A stretch of DNA of 64,000 nt from the human T2T-CHM13v2.0 reference genome, Homo sapiens, in NCBI RefSeq assembly GCF_009914755.1, contig NC_060927.1; one strand, written 5' to 3'. Positions 13,211 through 26,129 of this stretch are shown piece after piece. The first letter of the stretch is position 1; every line of letters begins with the position of its first letter. The notes under the pieces were generated by a model. That model did no database searches. It saw nothing but the letters and a program-made list of their open reading frames with translations, and was not told the DNA's origin. Made by a program: the position numbers and the translations under genes.

Positions 13211-13498
13211 TTTTTTTTTTTTTGTAAACAGAGACAGAGTCTGGCTCTGTTACCAGTCTGGAGTGCAGTGGTGCAATCATGACTGACTGTAACTTTGGGT
13301 TCCTGAGCTCAAGCAATCCTCCCTTCTCAGCCTCCCAAGTAGCTGGATCTACAGGCATGTGTCACCATGCCTGGCTAATTTTTTTTTTTATTTTTTGCAG
13401 ATATGTTGCAGGCCAGTCTCAAACTCCTGGCCTCAAGCAATCCTCCTGCCCCAGCCTCCCAAAGTTTTGGGATTACAGGTATAAGCCACCATGTCTGC
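13211..13498 (-). mobile_element. AluJ-like (degenerate)
   Basis: gctcaagcaatcctcc motifs, diverged dimer. Confidence 0.85.
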
Positions 13499-14603
13499 TA
13501 CTCCATTCACATTTTATGCCATTGATTTGTTAAAGAAATCAGGTTATTTGTCTACAGACTCTTCCACATTCTAAATTTAGCTGATTATTCCCTCTTGCTG
13601 TCAATTAACCTGTTTCTCTCCTTCCTGTATTTTCTGTAAACTGATTCAATCTATAGACTTGAAGAACTTCAGATTTTTTCTTGTGTGAGACTTCATGGGT
13701 GGTGCTAGCACTTCTGCTACATCACATCATGAGGTACATCATGCCTGGTTGTCCCATTTAGTGACACTAATATTGACCAATGTCCTTAGGTAGTATTTCC
13801 TTCATTATAACGTTTTCTATTAACATTCACTTAGTAGTTTTAGCACCAACTGAAGGTTGTTTCCTAGATCTATTATTTTATTAGCGATGGCACAATGGAG
13901 ATTTTCTGATTCTCTCATTCTGCGTTCATTAGCTGAAATTCTATATAGAATTTTTCCCAATTAAAAAACTACTTTGAAAGAGTTCATAGAAGAAAGGCAA
14001 GATAAATGTTTACTTCTTTCTCTTAAAAAATCCATTTTCAAAGTAATAAAATGATATCCTAGCAACCTCAGTAGAAATTTTAAAAATTAGCATCATTATC
14101 AATGTATGTAATGTATGGGTTTTCACATATTTATGGAGTTTAATTATTTGCAGTCATTATTCTTTTTGAGTTCAAATTAAGCCAGTGGGAGCCCTTGGTA
14201 CTGTGAGGATTTTGTTCTCAATCATGTGTAGGGAAACTTCCAGGCACTTTGTCCAACTTTTATATTAATAGATTCTAGCCCTGTCTTTATCCCCTTTCTC
14301 ATCTTTCAAATTATGGTATTGACAATTAACATATGTTAGCCAATTTCCCCATGAAAGAGCTTATATTGCCAGTTTTTCTGGATACATCTTTCTTTCTGTA
14401 TGGTTGATTAACATTCATAAGCTATTTTGCCAGGGCTTTATACTAGATGAGTGTAATTCGGCAAGTTTTGTTCCTTTATAATTCCTAGTTTTTAAAAGTA
14501 AATTGTCAACTAGACTGTAAACTTATACTAAATACTAAAATAACCTTAAATCTGATATTATTTAACAAAATACAACAAAAGTCACAGGCGAAGTTTTTCT
14601 GAC

Positions 14604-14774
14604 CTCCACTACAGTTTTGCAGGTGGCAGAATATTTCATAGGTTCATTAGTTAAGCAGTTTATCTCTCCTATTATTTCTCCACTGAGCATATAGTCTGTG
14701 TCAATTATCGGAAAATCTTTCTCCTTTGACTCCACCATTTGATCAATCCCTAAACCTGGCTTTGATTTTTCAAG
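14604..14774 (-). CDS. SLC9C1: SLC9C1 coding exon (~exon 23), 171 nt, CNBD phosphate-binding cassette (LEKSKPG...[26 protein letters not shown])
   Basis: Acceptor ctgaacag|CTT, donor GAG|gtcaga; 57 codons. Confidence 0.94.
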
Positions 14775-15312
14775 CTGTTCAGGAACAAAGAAAGAGAAAA
14801 ATACATATGCCAGTTAACTTGTATTACCAAAACTAATTTATGACTTTTTCCACTTTGGTTTGAACAATTCTAATATTTACATATTGTCTTGAGAATAAAT
14901 ATTTTATTTCTTTTTAAGTAAAATTATTAAATTAGCAATGATTTAGACACAAAGCATTCTTAAATACTCTGATCTTTCTGATTCCTCCTACTTAGTTAAT
15001 CTATACCCATTTTAGGATGGCTAAATCTCTAACTCAGATCAGCATAAGATGAATAACAATTTATATTATAATTGTCCATCGTGAAAGATAATTCTTTTGA
15101 AAGTTTCCTGTTATCTGTGAGAAAGTATGGCTTTAAAATGATGGATAGTGTTATCCATTGTGTCTGAACATGAAAATTTATCATTAGATGGTAGTCACTG
15201 TCCTAAAAAAGAAACTATGCAGTTCTTAACATGGAAAGCTACTAATTATCAATTTCATAAAGTTTTCTTTAAAAACTTATGATCACAAGTGCATTTATAA
15301 ATAACACTGCCT

Positions 15313-15735
<423 letters not shown>

Positions 15736-15811
15736 CTAAAAGATACCACCAAATACATAAACTATAAACAACATTTTAGAAGTGGTTGGGAATGTTAAAA
15801 TTTGCATTTTT

Positions 15812-16128
15812 GTTATTTATTTTTTTGAGACGGAGTCTCGCTCTGTCACCCATACTGGAGTGCAGTGGTGCAATCTTGGCTCACTGCACCCTCCCCCTCC
15901 TGGGTTCAAGCCAAGGAGAATTGCTTGAGCCAATTCTCCTACCTCAGCCTCCTGAGTAGCTGGGATTACAGGTGCCCACGACCATGCCCAGCTAATTTTT
16001 GCATTTTTAGTAGATACGGGGTTTCACCACATTGGCCAGGCTGGTCTCAGACTCCTGACCTCAGGTTTTCTGCCCACCTTGGCCTTCCAAAGTGCTTGGA
16101 TTACAGGCGTGAGCCACCATACCCGGCC
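15812..16128 (-). mobile_element. AluS with 20-nt internal insertion
   Basis: Perfect 16-bp TSD taaaatttgcattttt at 15796-15811 and 16129-16144. Confidence 0.94.
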
Positions 16129-16539
16129 TAAAATTTGCATTTTTAAAAAAAGTTTTTACATTTAAAAAATTACTATCATTTGATAATATCTGAAATATAT
16201 TAGTAATAAGTTTGTAACAGAAAATAGAAATTATGAATAGTAAAGAGGAAGGTGGATCTTTGTGAATATATGCAATTTTAGATAGGGTATTTATACACGG
16301 ATTAGAAAAGAAGTACTCTAGGAATGAGAATGTAATTAGGGGATAAAAATCTTTCATCTGGATGAAAAGTAATGGGAACAGATGTAGGCTAATGGCATGC
16401 ATATGTCATACATACCCTTGCTCTAAACAGCTGATCAGGTAAATAAAATATTCATTTATTCAAAATGTTTAATCAGGTAGAAAAATATAATTGGTCTTTT
16501 GACATCAAATAGATATTTAAAAAAAGAATATTAGAACAA

Positions 16540-17331
<792 letters not shown>

Positions 17332-17501
17332 CTAAAACATAAAATTTAAGAAAAGGGATGAACCAAACTGCTGTTCCCAGAATGTTTAAGGCAGACAGGT
17401 CTTTGTACTATTTCCTATTCTTGATCATTTGACATTTTTCTTCTTCCATGAACATTTTCAACCTCTCTTTATATCATGATTCTTTTTGTATCATCATTAT
17501 T

Positions 17502-17646
17502 TTTATTTCTTCCCAACTTTTATTTTAGGTTCAGGTGATACATGTGCAGATTTGTTACATGGGTAAGTTGCATGTCACAGGGGTTTGGTTTACAGATTAT
17601 TTTGTTACCCAGGTAATAAGTATGGTACCTCTTAGGTAGTTTTCCC
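17502..17646 (-). mobile_element. Old L1PA 3' tip
   Basis: ttttaggttcaggtgatacatgtgcagatttgttacatgggtaa; near-perfect TSD tatcatcattatt/tatgatcattatt. Confidence 0.75.
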
Positions 17647-17689
17647 TATGATCATTATTCTGAAGTCATAGATAAGCTTCTTAAAGTAA

Positions 17690-18420
17690 ACCATTTTACT
17701 GAAGTATAGCAGATGTGAAAAAAAAGTGTACAAGTCATAAATGTTCACTCAAAGAATATTACAAAGTAAAAACATCTGTGTAACAACACCTAGATTAATA
17801 AAACATTTGCTTCACCCTAGAATCCTCCTTTATGTTCTCCTCTAATCATTACTTCTATCCAAATATAACTACTATACTTCTATCATCATTGTTTAGCTTT
17901 CTCTGGCTTTCAGCTTTATTGGCATGAAATGAAAGAATGTACTTGTGTCTGATTTCATTTGCTCAACATTTTGTTTCTGAGATTCATCGATGGTGTTGCA
18001 GAAAGCAAAAATTTATTCATTTTATTTTCATTGTTGTATAGTATTCGGTTGTATGGATACCACAGCTTTATTTATCTACTGTTGATTGACATTTAGATTG
18101 CTTCATTTGGGGTTTTTATGAGTAATGCCGCTACGAATATAGTGTACAGATGTACATATTTCTATTGAGTATATGGTTATCTAATCCGATTGCTGGATCA
18201 TAAAGTATGCATATGTTCAATTTTAATAGGTACTGCCAAATATTTTTTCAAAGCACTCACATCAATTTACACTTCTACTCTAATGTTCCCGTTGTTCCAC
18301 CCTGTTGTCTACACTTGGTATTGTCAATTTAAAAAAAATGGTATGCTGGTGGTTGTGTATTGGTATTTCATTTGGGTTTTAATTTGCATCAAGCTTACGA
18401 CAATGATATTTAGCACCTTT

Positions 18421-18422
<2 letters not shown>
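17690..18422 (-). mobile_element. Ancient L1M 3' region split by the INAVA retrocopy (resumes at ~21092-21500)
   Basis: L1M motif ...ttttaatttgcat...gatatttagcaccttttct|tatgtgtattagccattt is continuous once the insert is removed. Confidence 0.75.
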
Positions 18423-18462
<40 letters not shown>

Positions 18463-18484
18463 CAGCCAATCACAAAAAACAGAC

Positions 18485-18490
18485 TTTATT
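18485..18490 (-). terminator. Canonical polyadenylation signal AATAAA of the retrocopy
   Basis: tttatt on + strand, 22 nt before the polyA tract. Confidence 0.85.
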
Positions 18491-19443
18491 GAAGTATTTA
18501 GCACTAAACCCCACACAATTCCAGCTCTGTAGCTGAGGACACAGCCACTTGGCAATGGCACCAGGTGTTATACAAGACCAATAAGTTAATGTAAAGGACG
18601 CTTAGGTGTGGAGGGCCAGTGCTCAGCCGTCTCCTGGCTCAGTACAAGGCACTCTGGGCTCCAGTTAGGACACTGAGAGGCCAGGGAAACCAACATGCCC
18701 TGGAGAAAGGGGCTTAGAGACAAACCGGAAAAGCACAGCATCCAAGCAGGGTATTCACGCATGGGGGGCAGAGTAGGCCCAAAAGTTGGGGGTTGCTGAT
18801 GCGGTAAGAGCACAGTGAGAGAAATGCCAGGTGCATCCCTTCAGCCTCCTGCATCCTCCCCCAGGTTCCTTTGATGGGCCATCCTGGGTCTTCCCTTGGC
18901 ACCCTTGTGCAATCGGCTACATCGTTTTCTTTCCAGTAGAGAGAACTGTGCCTCTTCTAGGTCAGACACCAGAGTTCTTGGAACCTTCTGCTATATTCAC
19001 AGTCTGTTCCAGTCCAGGTAACATGGGGGCAGAGAGTTCTGCACAGGTGAAGTCAGAACTCAGCTCTCCCTACCTCTCCTAGCCTCAATTCAGTTGCTTT
19101 CTCATTGAAGCAGGTCCCCTGACCTGGAAGCAAAGAAGGCCCTAGGATGAGAACCCAGGGACAGCTGGGTGGTCTTAGCACAGGCAGCTTCCAGACTTGC
19201 TCCAGTCGCTGCAGCTGGGACAATTAATGAATGCCCCCAAAGAAAATTCAGCATCTCATCAGCCCTTGGGAGTGAGTATGTCCATGTTTGTATAAATAAC
19301 CACCTTCTCAGAGCAGAAGCATAGCTGGTGGGGGGAGTAGGAACTGTGACTCCCTCTCCCAACCAGAACATGCCACAAAAGTGGTGCCTTTCCAAAACCA
19401 CTTGTAAAGTATTGGTTTTTGGGACTATGATGAAAAAACGTTA

Positions 19444-19747
<304 letters not shown>

Positions 19748-22169
19748 TTAGAAGGAGCAGTGGGGCTGCAAGCCCTTGAGATGCCCAGAGGTAGCTGTCA
19801 AAGGGTGGCTGCTGTCCACTAACCACAAGCATGGATCAGCCCCCAGCCGGACCCCCTGAGGCTACAAACCGTGATGCCACTGACTCAAAGCTCAGGGGTC
19901 TGGGAGCCCACAGGGCATAGACAGGGTATAGTGACTGGGTCCCTAAAGAGGATTTAGGGGGTCAGGAAAATAGCAGGGTCTAGCAAGACAATACACCACC
20001 GGGATATACTGACCTTTGACCTACCACTTGGTGTGTGCATCACAGAGCACATTAGAAAGGGGGAAGAGATTCTCCCCCAGCCCAGGCTGGGGTACCCAGA
20101 GACCTGGGAAATGGGGGAGAGTCATGTGCATGAGTATGTACCATGTCCAGCCTCCAGCAATAGTGGGACAGGAGGGCCAGGGGCAGTTCCCCAGGGAATT
20201 TCTTAGAACCAGAGCACAGAGTGTTGGAGAACTCCCAAGGTGGCCCACTCTGCTTCACTCGTCCCCTGCCACTTGTCTTATATAAGGAGATAGAGGCTGT
20301 CAGTCAGACAGGCAAGGCCTTAAGTCCAGTAGGCCAAACTCTGGGGGATAAAACATAATCATATCACAGGGGTATTGAGGACAATCCACATATATAAATC
20401 CTTAGGTCAGGGCTTCTGAAAAAAGTCGTGTAAAAAAAAAATAATAAAAGGTCTCAGCTCCAGGTCATCGGCCTGCGATGGGGATGGGGGAGCTGAAAGA
20501 GGCACTCAGGGGTGGGGGGGTCTCAGCCCAGCCCCTCTATGAAACAGTTTTTTCCAGCGTGGGGCGCAGAGTTACACCTGGCTGATGATCTCTCCTTTTT
20601 CAGGTACAAAGACTTGCACAGGGGCCCCGTCAGGCGATCTCCGCAGCACACACACTGTGGGCACCTGTGCCCGGGGTCCCAGGGCTCGCCCGAAGCCCTC
20701 TCTCCCAAGGGGCAGGCTCCTGACCCGGAAAGCTCCTTGGCGGTCCAGTGAGTGGGGGCGGGTGCTCCGGAGGCGTGCACGCTCGTGCCACCACTTGAGC
20801 TCCTCGGACACGGCGGCCTTGCTGAGCCCCCGGCCTGCCGGGCTGTCCTTCAGGGAGGGCGTCCGCACGATGCGGCTGCGAGAGGGCACCAGACGCTGGT
20901 AGCGCAGGGGAGTGCCCTCCTCCTCGTAAGCAGGGCCCGGGACTGCGCGGCACAGCTCCCACTCGCCAGGCGGCAGGGGGCTCTCAGCCACCACCACGTA
21001 CCGCCCCGCCGGGAAATAGCCAGGCGGCAGCAGTAGCTTGGGGTGGTGGGCGACCAGCTCTCTGCTGCCGGCTGGGACCCAGGCCCCGCGGTATTTAGCA
21101 CCTTTTCTTATGTGTATTAGCCATTTAAATATCTTCCGCTGCACAGTGCACTTTCAAATCTTTTGCCCATTAAAAAATGAACTTTCTGTCTTGTTCTTAC
21201 TGATTTGTATATTCTGGATATGAGTTCTTCATTGGAAATATTTGTCTTGCAATTATCCTCTACCTTTTTGTGGACTTTTAGTTCTCTTAATTTTTTAATG
21301 AAGAAAAATTCTTAATTTTAATGTTATTAAAATCCAATTTGGTATCCTATTGAAATCTCTGCCTATGCCAATATCATGAAAATTCTCTTATGTCACCTTC
21401 TAGAAGTTTATTGTTTTACCTTTAACAGTTATGTCTATAATTTATCTGGAATTGATTTTTTGTGTATGGTATAAGATAAAGGTTCAGATTTATGAATTTA
21501 ATAGTATAAGAACTCTACACAGAAAAAAAACAAAAACAATTAAAACAAAATTAAAACCTAATTAAGTGAAGATATATCATGTGAGTAGATCAAGTCAATA
21601 TCACAAAGTTATCAATTCTCCCTAGATTGATATACAAGATTAATGGAATCTCAATGGAAATTTCAGTAGGCCAACTTAGTAGAAATTTCCAAGCTGCCTT
21701 TAAAATTTATTTGAAAATACAAAATGTTAAAATTAGTCAAAATAGTCTTGAAGAAAACAACAACGCTGGAAGACACACACAATCATGTATGAAAACTTAA
21801 CAAGTTTCAGTAATCAAGACAATATGATTTGGTTTAATGATGGTTAAATAAAACAATGGAACAGAAAAAGAGTCCAGAAACTTATCCACACCTACACAGT
21901 CGCTTAAATAGTGACAAAGGCTCCAGCACAGTGCAATGGAGTAGGATGGTCTTTTTCATAAATTATGCTGGATCAATTGATTATTCATACAGAAAAATTG
22001 CTAACTTTAACCTAGCATTGTTATATAAGGCATTCTAAATGGCATTGCTTCTGTTCATTATTTCTGTTTTCTGCAAGATAAACTTTCTTTATGATCAGGT
22101 ATATTGACCCTGCTTTCTAAGTTCAAAAGGTTTTTTACACACATCTCTTTCTATTTTGGGCTTTTTATA

Positions 22170-22360
22170 GTGTTATGTTTAAGAGCCTGAGTTCTGGGAT
22201 CAGAATGCCTGGATTAAATTAACATCTCCAGACTTACTAGCTATCTGACCTTGGTGCAAGTTATTTAATCTCTCTGTGCTTCAGTTTTTTCTCTCATAAA
22301 ATAGGGACAACAATAGTATCCACATGACAGATTGCTGTGAGAATCAAGTGAGTAAAGATT
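22170..22360 (+). mobile_element. MIR
   Basis: cttactagctatctgaccttggtgcaagttatttaatctctctgtgcttcagtttt core. Confidence 0.75.
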
Positions 22361-23326
22361 TATTTTAATCTTTCATTATTCTCCCTTCTGTTATTTTACC
22401 ATGAGCTTTTGCAGGTTTTCATCTAGTGTTTATGTTTCTTCTTCATTGGAGATACTGCTTTTCACAGGTCTTCTCACCATGGTCAAATGAAATTACAGAC
22501 TGGACCATTAAACTGTATAATCAGCATTAAACTAAAAATAACCTTCATTGAATGTGGTGAGTTGGTTTCAATTTGTACAAGGCACACAGGCTTTGTGTGT
22601 TAATGATGTAACCAATAGAAGATCAAGCGAGACTGTGTCTTCAGGATTCTATTTTGGTTACTTTCAAAAAAAATTGTGGCAACTGGGGGACTTGAGAAAC
22701 CAGTCAAAATTTTTTAAAAAATTAGTTTACTAATTATATAGGTGATATATAAGAACTCTTCCAAGTAAAAGTTTCAAGCATGATGAAAATACAAATAAAA
22801 TAAATAGCTAAGGCTTCCTTCATTTTCCTTCTTTCCTTCTCATTTCTTCTTCCACATGGGGCAATACGAAAAGTTTTGCATATATTTGTCTAGATTATTT
22901 TTAATATATTACATAGATAGGTGTATCTACAGAAATTTTTAAAAATCTAAAATGACCATCTTATATATACAAAATCTTATAATTTTACAGGTTACTTTTT
23001 TCCTACTAATAGTGTATCTTGGTGAATTTTTTATATCAGTATATATAGATATTTAAAATTCTTGTTTATTTACATATAATGTTATTTATGTTTCCATATA
23101 TGTTTCCACATCTATTTACATATGTTTATTTACATATATGTTGCACTTGCACAGCTATACCACACTTGCATGGCCATACTACAATTTATATAACCATCTC
23201 CAACTTGATGGACATATAGGCTGTTTATAATATATGTTTGAACACATATCTTTGCTTATTCTTGAATAACTGTAGATTCCTACAGGTGTAATTGCTGGTT
23301 TAAAGGTATGCATTTTTAAAGTTTTA

Positions 23327-25547
23327 ATTTTTTTATTATTATTATATTTTAAGTTCTAGGGTACATGTGCACAACGTGCAGGTTTGTTACATAGGTATAC
23401 TTGTGCCGTGTTGGTTTGCTGCACCCATTAACTCATCATTTACATTAGGTATTTCTCCTAATGCTATCCCTCCCCCCTCCCCTCACCCCATGACAGGCCC
23501 TGGTGGGTGATGTTCCTCGCCCTGTGTCCAAGTGTTCTCATTGTTCAATTCCCACCTATGAGTGAGAACATGCAGCGTTTGGTTTTCTATCCTTGCAATA
23601 GTTTGCTGAGAATGATGGTTTCCAGCTTCATCCATGTCCCTGCAAAGGACATGAACTCATCCTTTTTTATGGCTGCATAGTATTCCATGGTGTATATGTG
23701 CCACATTTTCTTAATCCAGTCTATAATTGATGGACATTTGGGTTGGTTCCAAGTCTTTGCTATTGTGAATAGTGTTGCAATGAACATACGTGTGCATGTG
23801 TCTTTATAGCAGCATGATTTATAATCCTTTGGGTATATACCCAGTAATGGGATGGCTGGGTCAAATGATATTTCTGGTTCTAGATCCTTGAGGAATCATC
23901 ACTGTCTTCCACAATGGTTGAACTAGTTTACACTCCCACCAACAGTGTAAAAGTGTTGCTATTTCTCCACATCCTCTCCAGCATCTGTTGTTTCCTGACT
24001 TTTTAATGATCGCCATTCTAACTGGTGTGAGATGTTATCTCACTGTGGTTTTGATTTTCATTTCTCTGATGACTAGTGATGATGAGCATTTTTTCATGTA
24101 TCTGTTGGCTGCATAAATGTCTTGAGAAGTGTCTGTTCATATCCTTTGCCCACTTTTTGATGGGGTTGTTTTTTTCTTGTAAATTTGTTTGAGTTCTTTG
24201 TAGATTCTGGATATTAGCCCTTTGTCAGATGGGTAGATTGCAAAAATTTTCTCCCATTCTGTAAGTTGCCTGTTCACTCTGATGGTAGTTTCTTTTGCTG
24301 TGCAGAAGCTCTTTAGTTTAATTAGATTCCATTTGTCAATTTTGGCTTTTGTTGCCATTGCTTTTGGTGTTTTAGTCATGAAGTCCTTGCCCATGCCTAT
24401 GTCCTTAATGGTATTGCCTAGGTTTTCTTCTAGAGTTTTTATGGTTTTAGGTCTAACATTTAAGTCTTTAATCCATCTTGAATTAATTTTTGTATAAGAT
24501 GTAAGGAAGGGATCCAGTTTCAGCTTTCTACATATGGCCAGCCAGTTTTCCCAGCACCATTTATTAAATAGGGAATCCTTTCCCCATTGCTTGTTTTTCT
24601 CAGGTTTGTCAAAGATCAGATGGTTGTAGATGTGTAGTGTTATTTCTGAGGCCTCTGTTGTTCTGTTCCATTGGTGTATCTCTCTGTTTTGGTACCAGTA
24701 CCATACTGTTTTGGTTACTGTAGCCTTGTAGTATGGTTTGAAGTCAGGTAGCATGATGCCTCCAGCTTTGTTCTTTTGGCTTAGGATTGTCTTAGCAATG
24801 CGGGCTCTTTTTTGGTTCCATATGGACTTTAAAGTAATTTTTTCCAATTCTGTGAAGAAAGTCATTGGTAGCTTGATGGGCATGGTATTGAATCTATTAA
24901 TTACCTTGGGCAGTATGGCCATTTTCATGATATTGATTCTTTCTATCCATGAGCATGGAATGTTTTTCCATTTGTTTGTGTCCTCTTTTATTTTGTTGAG
25001 CAGTGGTTTGTAGTTCTCCTTGAAGAGGTCCTTCACATCCCTTGTAAGTTGGATTCCTAGGTATTTTATTCTCATTGTAGCAATTGTGAATGGGAGTTCT
25101 CCCACGATTTGGCTCTCTGTTTGTCTGTTATTTGTGTATATGAATGCTTGTGATTTTTGCACATTGGTTTTGTATCCCGAGACTTTGCTGAAGCTGCTTA
25201 TCAGCTTAAGGAGATTTTGGGCTGAGACGATGGGGTTTTCTAGATATACAATCATGTCATCTGCAAACAGGGAAAATTTGACTTCCTCTTTTCCTAATGG
25301 AATACCCTTTATTTCTTTCTCTTGACTGATTGCCCTGGCCAGAACTTCTAACACTATGTTGAATAGGAGTGGTGAGAGAGGGCATCCCTGTCTTGTGGCA
25401 GTTTTCAAAGGGAATGCTTCCATTTTTTGCCCCTTCAGTATGATAACTGGCTGTGGGTGTGTCATAAATAGCTCTTATTATTTTGAGATACATTCCATCA
25501 ATACCTAGTTTATTGAGAGTTTTTAGCATGAATGGCCGTTGAATTTT
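23327..25547 (-). mobile_element. 5'-truncated L1PA (approx. PA6-7): ORF2 RT/C-terminal part and 3'UTR
   Basis: ORF 24137..25465 (442 aa, FADD motif); 3'UTR and T-rich tail at ~23327. Confidence 0.95.
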
Positions 25548-26014
25548 CTAAATTGCCCTCCAGAATGGCTGTGCTGACTTACATTTTAGTCTACCATATT
25601 TAAGTCTATTTTCTCATAACCTAATTAGCATTGAACAATAACAGTTTTTGCCCATCATTTCTGATTTAATTGGCAAAAAAATTGTATCTTTAGTTTTATT
25701 TCTCTAGTTTCTATTTACTAAAGAAAATACTTCTATTCTTTGATTATTAGGGATGTCAAATATCTTTTCAAACATTCATTGTAAATTTTGTTTATATATC
25801 TGTGAAATACTTTTTAATACCCTTTTTTCACTTTCTCCAGGATTTTTTGCCCTTTTTAAATTGATTTCTATAAACTTTTTAGGAATTATTGCTATCAGTA
25901 CTTTGTGTGTAATACATGTTACAAATGTTATTTTCCATGTTTGCTTTTAATCTCATTTTAATATATTTCAATATATAAAGTTTTAAATTTTATGCAGTAA
26001 TTTTTACTTTTTTT

Positions 26015-26016
<2 letters not shown>

Positions 26017-26060
<44 letters not shown>
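26017..26060 (+). repeat. (CA)n(TA)n microsatellite
   Basis: Direct reading. Confidence 0.9.
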
Positions 26061-26129
26061 GGCTTTGTAAGTGGTTTAGAAAAGCTTTCCTCACATCAAG
26101 AATATAGATATATTCTGTATTTCATTATA

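Noticed and set aside
20572-21144. 190-aa ORF as an independent protein-coding retrogene
   Set aside because: The start is GTG in flanking L1M sequence, there is no in-frame ATG, and the copy is 5'-truncated with no evident promoter; openness is explained by youth.
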